Position numbers and translations under genes: made by a program. Positions 53,850-64,000 of a stretch of DNA of 64,000 bases are shown in pieces. The notes below the pieces were generated by a model. That model was not told where the DNA came from, did no database searches, and was given only the letters and a program-made list of their open reading frames with translations. Origin of the DNA: Antedon mediterranea. Taxonomy: Eukaryota > Animalia > Echinodermata. Location of the stretch: positions 29,794,912-29,858,911 of the forward strand of contig NC_092675.1 in the NCBI RefSeq assembly GCF_964355755.1, given 5' to 3'. Within the stretch, counting starts at the first letter, position 1. Each line of letters begins with the position of its first letter.

Positions 53850-54200
53850 ATCACACGTGGATGTTTAGAAATCAAGTACCTAGACGACATATGGGACAAA
53901 AATGGCAGCTACTTCATTGGTCGATCGCCACGCGAGAAGTTTCATTCTACAATTGATACGCTTCGCTGATTGGTTAATACATGTCGGAAGCAGACGACCC
54001 GTTCTTAATTGAAGTGAACTAATGTAGTGTAAAGAGTTAACGTTGGCCGTTATGCGCAGACTCCAAATAGGAAACAGCGCACATTATGGGCATGGCTTTG
54101 GTCCCGTGTCAGTCATCGCGTGCACTATTGTTTTCGTTAGCAATAAATAGAGCGGTGATTAGTACTGAGACATCATAAAATCTGTGATAGCCAACCTGTT
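53850..54200 (+). promoter_or_regulatory. Neurogenin proximal promoter region
   Basis: GC-richer island just upstream of the ATG micro-exon. It contains reverse CCAAT boxes (ATTGG at about 53916 and 53969), CACGTG (about 53854), CACGCG (about 53929), CGCGTGC (about 54117) and a TATA-like ATAAATAG (about 54143). Confidence 0.45.
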
Positions 54201-54282
54201 AACTACACAGTCAGTACCTGTCAAGATAGTTTGACATCACTATTTTTGTCATCGCTTAAGATTCTATCTAACTTTGTTCATC

Positions 54283-55488
54283 ATGGAGGTAAGTTTCATT
54301 TAACTATATTATCAGTTAATATTTTCAACATTTGTTGATATTAATTTTACATTACTTGTTCATATTTTTATTTAATTTGATTTAATCAACTATTATTAAT
54401 ATTTTAGTCAATTATTAGATATATTGTAATTTATGTAACTAAATTTTTGTTTTTTATCAGTTTAATTTATTTTAAAATTTCTTTATTAAAACAATTATTT
54501 TAAAAATAGATTAAAGTAATAGCAAACAAAATTTTACATTTTACATTACTTTTTCAATTTTGTTATTTAATTAGATTTAATAAATTTTTATGTACTTAAT
54601 CAATTAATATTTTAATTTGTGTAACTGTAAAGAAACTAAGTTTGATTTAGAATCATATATCTTTTATCAGATATACCAACTTTTTTTGTAATGCATTCGT
54701 TCAAAATTTAAATGTTTTGATATTTAAAACTAGAAATAATGTACAGAGTCAGCTTAGCTTTGTAATTGATCATTTTATTTTAAAATGCAATTCATACTCA
54801 ATTGATTTATAATGTTTATATTTTCTTTTCATAGGTTTCATGTGAATTAAAAAATAGTTTGGAAAAAGTCGACATTACGTTGAAGTCGAAAGAAAACTGT
54901 ACGTCAACCGAATCAACGCACGAAAAATCGAAAGAGAACACGAACGATATAACTGAAGATGGAAAAAGTAGAACGGGGCGTAAACGACGAAATCGTACGC
55001 GCCGCCGACGTCATCGAAGCCCGACTCAAATCTTACGAATAAAGAGAACAAGAAGAGTCAAAGCAAATGATAGAGAAAGAAACAGGATGCATTCATTGAA
55101 TGATGCGCTAGAGGGACTCAGAGAAGTCCTACCAACATTCCCGGATGAAACTAAACTCACAAAAATTGAAACATTAAGATTTGCTCATAATTACATCTGG
55201 GCACTTCGAGAAATGTTGAAAATGGACGATAAAGAGACAATGATTACGTCATCAAGTTACGATGAAGATTCTGGAATCGCAAGTCCATTATCTACATCAT
55301 CCGGTTATTCTTTTACATCTTCAGGTCAGGAGGATTGGTACGCAACATCACCCGAGTCATGCTCACAGACACCGCCGCCGTCCACACACAATGATTTTCT
55401 AATTACCCGGCCGTCGTGTGCATTACAATCCAGTACATTGATGCTGAATCAGTTTCAGAATTATTGTCCTACTCGCTGGTCGAGATAG
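54283..55488 (+). CDS. NEUROG: Neurogenin proneural bHLH transcription factor, join(54283..54288,54835..55488), about 219 aa
   Basis: b[60 protein letters not shown] is diagnostic of the neurogenin subfamily, followed by an S/T/P-rich C-terminus. ATGGAG|GTAAGT donor and TTTCATAG acceptor are in phase 0. AATAAA at about 55745. Confidence 0.95.
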
Positions 55489-58400
55489 AAACAATTTTAC
55501 AAGAAATGAACTCTTGGTTGGAAAATCGAATAAAGAACAATGCGCATGACCACTAAGGTCACATGACACATTCCATAGTAATTCAAGTTTTGTATTTATT
55601 ATTAATATTTTATAACCGATCATGAACTATTTGTAAATAAGATTAGTGTTTCGGCTTATAGTAATTTTGTAAAATGAATTGGTTTTTGTACCGCATAGTC
55701 TATTTTATAATTCTTCTTTTTTTATTGATTGCCATAGTGATTGCAATAAATAAGTAAATTGAAAATATGATTACATTTTTTTTGTTTTTTTTATACTGTT
55801 ATTAGTTTAATTAAATTTTGATTAATTTCGAATAACTGATAGAATAGCTAGCTCTTTGTTCAACTTTGACCTCCCCATTCTTTGCCCGATTACTGTCTTT
55901 TCTCAAGTGTTCCTCATTCTTTACTCGATTGTCTAGTTACCCTCAAGTTGAATAACACCGCCCCCCCCCCCCCCCGGCAACCCCACTCCCAATGATCCTC
56001 ACCCGATTACTAAATCCAAGTTTCATTCATACTAACAGTAAATAAAATAATAAAATTGATAGACCTAATTAATTTATAGAATAATCGTTGAGGACACTCA
56101 ATGGCGGTAATATACAACGACGATTCTGACGATGAAATGATGACGATAATCGATTATGACTATTACAACTGACATAAATTCTGTTCTTAAACTATATTGG
56201 AGTATCTCCAATTTCCATGAAATGAGGACGTAATAAGTAAGTAAGCAAGTAAGAATTAAGAGTTTGGCCTAACACTAAAAACAATAATGGTCGCGAAGGA
56301 CGGTGCTTCAGATGTTCTAAACATTACCGGCGATGCATGCAGAGGGAAATGGGGCCTGAACATTGGGGCCTAAACATTGGGGCCTAAACATCCTAAATAC
56401 TGGGGCATAAACATTGCAAGAAGTGAACCTTTTGCATTTTGTTTTCAATTAGGGAAGACCGGAGCACCCCATTGAACTCGCCTATTGATAGAGATAACAA
56501 AACTACACAACAACGGATATAATGGTTCTTATTTCACTTCTTTCTGTCAAACAGTCATACAATTAATTTATTGAAATAATAATTATTTTCTAATGAATAC
56601 AATTATCGGTATACATACTTTTTCGACACAAAAGATGAACTGGCATAAAATAAATGAACGTTAGATTGGCGAAGGACGATAGTGAAGATCGATTAAACTA
56701 GATGATTTTGATTAAAATATTGATAAAGCAATCCACATCGCATTAATTTACACATCTCCTGTCCTTCGCTGCTTAATAAGCCTGTATTAATTAATCCACT
56801 ATTTAATTCGCTCATTAGGTGTTCTACTATACCTAACACATATTCACGAATCGCTTCGGTTTAACACAAAGATATTTAAGGCTGCTATTGGAAGAAGGCG
56901 GATGCATCAGATACGCAAGTCCGTGTATCATCGCTCTACGCATGATTGTTCGCCTTTAATTGTCACACTAGTAGTCCAAGGTCGCTCTTCCGCCGATTGC
57001 ACGCGTACCGCCAGCGCGTGACAAATTTCAACGTCTTTGATTTAACGCCGAACAAATATATTTATAACAATCAAGAAGTGGCCATTAGATATTATTTAGT
57101 TATTATAATATATACATATCATAAACTGAGTTTCTTAGATCGTACCGTGAATTGTGTTGCCTTTTGTATACTCCTCCAAATGGTATGAGCTGTGACAACT
57201 ATAACACAAAAGTTCAATGTATACGAGGGCGTCCTTTATAAATGATTAGCCGTTTCTGTTTCAGCTTTAGTTCAATATTGTTTTCAAGTTGAATGTTGGG
57301 AGAATTTATTTGAGGTGCAATATATATTTAATAAAACGATTAGTTGAAGTTTCTGGTGATAAAAATGCTACATAATGTCAAAGATTTTGGATTGTTTATT
57401 CATTGATGTTTAAAGAAGATATACTCAATTAAGGTATAGAGTATTGACTGTATCACGATAGTTAGACTTCTGTATCTGTAACATACAAACACCATCTCTG
57501 GTTATCGCGTACGTTCACTTGCCTCTCTAGTATTATTATGTTGTTTTCCACCAGTCGGTGTTTCGCTCTTTTGTCTGTAAAGTATTTTATTTGTTTTCAA
57601 TCTTTCTACATAACAAAAAAAAAACATATAAGTATAACAGGGGAGTAGCGGAAAAGCAAAAGTAATAACACTTTCATCTGATGTGCTTGACCAGCCCCTG
57701 TCAACTAGGACGATACGATAAAACCGAGATTATAACAATAAAAAGCATTATACGTATAAAACGTGTGTGTCAACCTAATTAGGAATGTACATTCATTAAA
57801 CTAATAACATTCACTAATATAAATCTTTGTATTGTGCAAATCGATTAAATGCAAATATTCGTATGACAACATTTCCGATCGATAAAAGCTGAAAATTAGT
57901 TTTAACAATTCTTTTCTTTAGTATAGAGGGCGCGTTTACTTTAAGATAAAGCAACAAAGAAGAAGAGAAATAAATTTGATTATGATGATAATCAACGAAC
58001 GATTGTCTTGAATGCTAATGAGAATTACATTGGATAAAGTTTGCAGGAAAGAAAGGCAATAATAAATTAACTCACCACAACATGATTATGTGGTAAAAGC
58101 ATGATTATCAACTACATAAAAGATTTTACAACGTATTATGATGTCACTGAAGGTTATCTTCTATAGATTGTTGAATAAATCAAATTAATCTAAATTTATC
58201 AATCGACGATCGACGGAGCAATTCTTGATGATGAAACAGTGTAGAAGTCGCTTCTATGTAAACTAGCACTATACCTTGTAGGCTTATAACCATTGATTTG
58301 GTCGCAATCGTAATTACATTATTCCCCATTCAGTCTTAACGTAATAAACCAATCTTTAGATTTCATTTTAGCAACAATAAATGGCAATTTTGATAAAGAT

Positions 58401-59934
58401 TAAATTTTAAAGCAAATTTATTGTCTGTTGGTTCTATCTCTTGATTCAGTTAAAAAACTCCCTAATTAAAGGATGGATAAACTATTTTAAAAGTTTATGC
58501 TAATAAACTAATACTCATTTTAGGCAAAGGGAGTGGAGTTGAAAGAGCTTTTGATACGTTTTAGAGTATTACATTTGTATGCAACCGAATTCATTTTTCT
58601 TTTCGTTTCCAGATCATCAGAATTACACAACAGAAAGAAATCCTGTTAAAAATAGATCATTTTTTCTCTTTGTGGTGTAATCTACCACATTTATTCGTTC
58701 ATCATAATTATTACAAATACATATTAACATATTACTCTCTTTTTTTCATTATTCCTTAAATTTAGGATACTCAAAGTTATAGTAAAAAGTAACAATGCAT
58801 ATAATGCTATGTACAGTGTAGTAGGCCTATATACATCGGTATATCTAAAATGGTTATATAAAATAAATAGATCATTACATTTTAGAGGAAATAAAATATA
58901 GGTCATATAGTAATCTACCTACAATTTGAAACATTGTAAAATATGAAGAAAACAATTCAAGAAAGTTTTTGACAAAAAAGGAGGTAAGGAACTGTGATAT
59001 TCACACTTAGATACTTGCGCGTGCCAAAGTGACCCACATTGTCACAAAATCAATGTTATTTCTCACATTTGGTTAAGGAGTTAATAAAACTAATAATAAT
59101 TTCCACTTCTTTCATTAGTGTATCATGTCACGTGGAGTGATGACAAAGATCGCGTTCACACTAAGTTTTCTTTTCTGTAAACCATTACGTCCTTTATACC
59201 GAGTCACTTGTGTGGAATGGCATGAAAATAAAACACGCTAACGAGAGGCACGCGAACGACAAGTAAATCTTTGGATTTTGTCATTGTTAACTAGGGTGAT
59301 TATCGTCTGACTCGGAGATAAAGCCCGCTTTGGAAAATCTACCCGATCGGACCCGAAGATCCACGGGATGCCGGAAATTCTATTGTTGTTTATTGTTTTT
59401 ACATTAGATTTTCATGTAATTCTACTTGCTACGTTGAGTACGGATTTCACTGATGAAGAGGGCAGATCAAAATCAAATACCGTTAATTGTCTGACGCCTT
59501 TTGTTGATGTCTCCACCAAGTCGCAGTCTCTATTCAATTATCTGTCAATATCTATGATTGGTCCAATGTTAACATTTTGGAGATGTTTGTAGGCATTGGT
59601 CACGTGCAGGCCTATTTATGATGAAATCCATAATTAGGTTATCAGTAATTTGATTTCGGTTAATTTGTTTGTTTGAAACCCAATTATATCGAATGATGAA
59701 TATCAGTCCACCACTTGACATCATTTCTTGAAATGTTTGGTTTTTGATAAATTAGTAATTATACGAATACATAAGAATGCTCATCCAGGTTTTAAACAAT
59801 CACCTAATACAATATATAATCATTGATTTCCGGGATCTGACTTAAACTTTGCACTTTTCACAGTAAGCATACAGTATTTTGATCGTTCTTCCAAATCTGT
59901 ATTTTAAATGTCACCTAACATCGAATAGCCCCTG

Positions 59935-60085
59935 AGCTCTGTCTACACTATCAAACTATTTTGACAAAGAAAGTGTGATGTGCCCAAATAATTATGGTAG
60001 TGATATGCCTAAATATGGTAGTGATATGCCTATAAATATGGTAGCGATATGACATAATCATGTCCATATATGGGCACATCACATT
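59935..60085. mobile_element. MITE family A, partial copy
   Basis: One TIR plus the core in reverse orientation. Confidence 0.75.
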
Positions 60086-61946
60086 GTAAGGTTTATGTTA
60101 TTTAATAGTATCAGGAAAGAATGAGACATCTCTGATATATCAAGTATATCTGCGATGGTTAAACAGTCGCCGGCCCGTGACGTCATTATGGTCACGAGTC
60201 AGTGTTTTTTTCCTCTTTTTATTAACAACATTCAAAAGGTATTGTATTTTATAATAGATTTCAAGTGGCTATCCATCCCACTTTAACCGTAAATTGATTA
60301 CAAATTACTTTCAAATGAGTCCGCTTTAAGTATTCGTAATTAATGTGAGACTCATTGATACGAAAAATCCATTGGATCACGCCTGTTGTCGCGCTGCTAA
60401 ATTACCGTCTGCTAAACTCTAGAATACCATCGTCGGATTTTTTAAATTGTCGTCTGCTTAGATTAACATGACTGTTAACTTAGGCCTGGAACGTTATTCA
60501 TTTCGAGGATAACAAGTGTATTTCGTCGCAATTAACGGATTACGTTTCACCTGCGATGCAATGTACCAAAACGAGGCTAACCAGTGAAGCGGAACCGTCG
60601 TATTGTTATCGAAGCACTTGTATGACAATGAATACAATGAAAATTATTATGGATTTTGTTATCCTCCTTATTGTCTGTTCGTTTTTTTTATGAGGGAAAC
60701 CCCACTTTTATTATGATAATCAATTTAAAATAGCATATACAACATTTTCTGTCTTCAAATATTATTATATAAGTTATTAAATTATGGTTTTCTTTATGTA
60801 ATACTGATATTTACTTTTTTGTTTTTGCAACGAAATAAAGTCAAATGATTATTTAATGTTGCTAAATTGAAATGTAACAGATGTGATGTTTATCGCTCAT
60901 GCCTTAAGGTGTGTTTTGGTTTTCCGAAAAAACTTTTAATCCGTTTAGCGATCTTTTACGTATTTAATAGTGTTGTTCAGAACAACTAATTTAATCTTGT
61001 TCTCCTAAACACGTTCCGACGAAAATTGTCTTTTTTCCCGCATACATTGAGTTTGGATAACGTGTGGTACGACCCTGAATGCACTAAGCCTACAGAATCA
61101 GAATAGCGTTGACATCTAGTTCAACGGTTCGCGTGCCTGTTTGCCCAGGGCCTCTCCCGTGGGGGAAAGCACTACAAACCACGCTAATCTTTGCCCACTG
61201 GATGCTTTCGTAAACGATTACAGAATACCATGCCTTTCATAAGTCAAAACAACACTATGCTTAAGTCTTTGTTGAGTGTGTTTATTTCACGACTTTGCCG
61301 TTTATTACCTGTTTGTATAGGCGGCCTATAGAGTTTGTCTTGACTGCACGACACGCGCGCGTATATCATTGTGGCCCACAGGCAGCTTTTTAAAAGACGT
61401 AATTGTCTTTAAATCTTTTACACTTTCAAAATTTTAGGCTTTGTACACCAAAAGTGTCATATGTTATGAAAATGAAAATTTGTGGTCGATTAGAAAAATG
61501 CAAAACAGTAAATTAATTAGGATAGCTCCCTTTGGATATTTACACGATAAGGAATATCCACAAAGAAGAACAAATCACCGTTATGCTACAAAATCTCAAA
61601 CTTCAATAATACACAATACGAATGGTGGAAAATGAAATTAAGCTTTGATTTTAATTAGCGGTTAGCTGTTGTTGATGAAATCAAATAAAACTAACATTAT
61701 TGATTATATTATTATTATTATCAGACATAAGAGATAATGCTTAAATTATTAATCAATTATGTTGTAGGAAGAAAGAAACATGGAATGCTGTAACGTACAA
61801 AACGATGTTTGCAAATAATATAAAGGCAAAAACAAGGAGTCAGGTCTTACACAATCATTACATGTTTAAAATATCTATAAACGTTCAATCTTCAGACATA
61901 CAAGAAAAAGAAAACTTGATAAAAAAAAAGTGAATAAAGTATTTCA

Positions 61947-62008
61947 CTAGGGGTCCGGCTAGGGGTCCGGCTAGGGGTCCGGCTAGGGGTCCGGCTAGGG
62001 GTCCGGCT
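61947..62008. repeat. Minisatellite CTAGGGGTCCGG x5
   Basis: Five perfect 12-bp copies. Confidence 0.9.
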
Positions 62009-62401
62009 TACCGATAATCCTTCATAAAAAAAAGGTAAGCGAGATGGCTAATTTGGGCCGCATACAGTATGTTGATATTAAGTACCGGTAGGCTTATAAT
62101 AATTAGCCCTTCTGTCTATTGTCATTGAGTACCCCATCCCACTGCGAACTACTAATGTCGATTATTCAGGCTATTTTGTTCTCGTGTCTCCTGGTCTATA
62201 TATCAGCATTATTGTAAAGACACCCAGTTGGAGCTCAGCTAATTCACCGGTTTTTAGTGGTAGTACTTGTTTCACTGTCCCCTTCCTACTGTGAGTGTTG
62301 ATTATCTATACAAGCACTTGTTTTTAGTGATTCTATTCTAATTCGACCTAATTTCGAATGTCCATTTTCGATTATCCAATAATTGTCCACTTGCTCTATA
62401 C

Positions 62402-62477
62402 ATCTCTGTCTACACTATTACACTTTATGTGCCAAAAAATGTGATGTGGCCATATATGGACATGGTGATGTCATATC
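62402..62477. mobile_element. MITE family A left half, interrupted by the LINE insertion
   Basis: CTCTGTCTACACTA..CATATATGGACATGGTGATGTCATAT stops abruptly at the LINE tail. Confidence 0.7.
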
Positions 62478-64000
62478 TTACTTGAATCTTACTTGAATCT
62501 TTGGGCTCATGATTAAGGCAAATGCCTTTTAAACGCCCTCCATTTCTTCTGTATTTATCTAGAATTGGTAGCAAAATTTATCTTTAGCTCTGTCTTTGTT
62601 TAGTTGATCCTTGAATGCATTTATTTTTTCTGCTTGTACTGTAGTGTGGTATAGATTGTTCCATGTGTTGACGATTCTACTTGAAAAGGAGTGGCTTCTG
62701 ATTTTCAGTCGGGCTCTTGGCTTTCTTAATTTGAATTGATGGCCCCTTGTTCTACTGTCCTCTCTAAAGTCAAAAAAGGTTTCGGCTTCAATATCATCCA
62801 AGCCCTTGATAAATTTAAACACTTGTATAATGTCCGCTCTCCTTCTTCTGTAATTCAGTGTAGGTAATCCAAGCTCTTTTAATCTCTGATCGTAAGATTT
62901 ATCTCTTAACTTTTTGACAATTTTAGTGGCCCTACGCTGCACTCTTTCAAGCTTATCCAAATCACCTTTTAGGTTTTAGGAGAGGGTACCATATACAGCT
63001 TGCGTATTCCAGATGAGGTCGAATTATACTTTTATAAAGGGGCAGGAACATATCCTTATCCATGTAATCAAAAGATCGCCTTACCAATCCAATGAGTCTA
63101 TTTGCTTTATTTACAGCTTCATTCGTTTGTAGTGAAAATTTTAAAGACTGATCAAAAGTAACTCCAAGGTCCTTTTCAGTATTGGCATTTGGCAGATCCT
63201 CGTCACCTTTCTCTGTTGGCATAGTGAATTGCATTTGTGGATTTGAATTTCCATAATGTATTACTTTACATTTATTGATGTTGAATTTCAGCTGCCATCT
63301 TTTAGACCAATCGGATAATGCCTTGAGATCATTTTGAACAGTATCATTTCTGTTTTCATGCACAACATTAAACATCTTAGTGTCATCTGCAAACATCCAT
63401 ACTTTAGATTTAACTGCATCAGGTAGGACGTTTATGAAAATTATATATAGATAAAGGGCCTAACACGCTGCCTTGAGGGACTCCGCTTTTAACCGTAGAC
63501 CATTCAGAAAATGCTGCGGCCACTCTAACTCTTTGTCTCCTCCCTGTCAAAAATTGATGTATCCATCTCAGTAGGTTTCCTTTTATTCCGTACGCTTCCA
63601 ATTTTGTTATTAATCTCTGGTGGGGGATAGAATCGAACGCCTTACTGAAATCCAAATATACAGCATCAAAGTTTTCCTCTGCATCCAGCAATTTCGTCCA
63701 TTCTTCAATCACCTCCAGCAGCAATTGTGTGACGCAAGATCTACCTTTCCGAAACCCATGCTGTGCTTTTATAATAAGGTTTCTATCATTTAGAAACTGT
63801 ATAATTTTGTCTCTCACAATTGATTCCAAAAGTTTGCATACGACAGCTTACTGGCCTGTAGTTTCCAACTTCCGTCTTGTCCCCTTTCTTAAAAATTTGT
63901 ACTACATTTGCACATTTCCAGCACTCCGGTAACTGTCCAGTCGATAGTGATTTGTTGTATATTGGCGTCAATGGAGTTGCAACAATTTCTTTAAGTTCCT
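62478..64000 (-). mobile_element. CR1/L2-clade non-LTR retrotransposon, 3' part of ORF2 (reverse transcriptase), frameshifted; continues beyond the window
   Basis: Minus-strand ORF pieces: W..ANVVQIFKKGDK...NYRPVS, QHGFRKGRSCVTQL, YLDFSKAFDSIPH, SGVPQGSVLGP, FADDTK, EKDLGV, IIRPHLEY, LERVQRRATK, TRGHQFKL, FSSRIVNTWN. Short 3' UTR ends in an (AGATTCAAGTA)n tail. Confidence 0.93.

Noticed and set aside
58603-58622. Minus-strand CTGATGA..GAAAC hammerhead-like words
   Set aside because: Only 4 nt separate the boxes, so stem II cannot form.

Overview
AT-rich eukaryotic (animal) genomic DNA with GT-AG introns, most likely from a marine invertebrate deuterostome such as an echinoderm; the taxon is an inference. 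I could assemble three protein-coding genes by hand with consistent splice phases. They are TRMT10A (minus strand, 6 coding exons, 586-4663), a cGMP-dependent protein kinase with PKG-II/DG1-like hallmarks (plus strand, 16 coding exons plus a candidate cassette exon, 21580-37193), and a neurogenin bHLH gene (plus strand, 54283-55488) set in a long non-coding region. The rest is a dense repeat landscape. It holds a 5S-rRNA-derived SINE, tRNA-derived SINEs, an AT-TSD TIR element with its empty site in the same window, a 2.3 kb composite TIR element, two Harbinger-like MITE families, a frameshifted CR1/L2-type LINE and many minisatellites. The most notable unexplained signals are: (i) a set of 15-41 bp palindromes with CAT/CAG ends flanked by 7-bp direct repeats, resembling P-element excision footprints; (ii) a minimal hammerhead ribozyme motif in a PKG intron; (iii) hints of PKG isoform switches (myristoylation start, cassette exon, possible kinase-only internal start); (iv) clustering of HES-repressor sites around neurogenin. 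All coordinates were counted by eye; no database searches were run.
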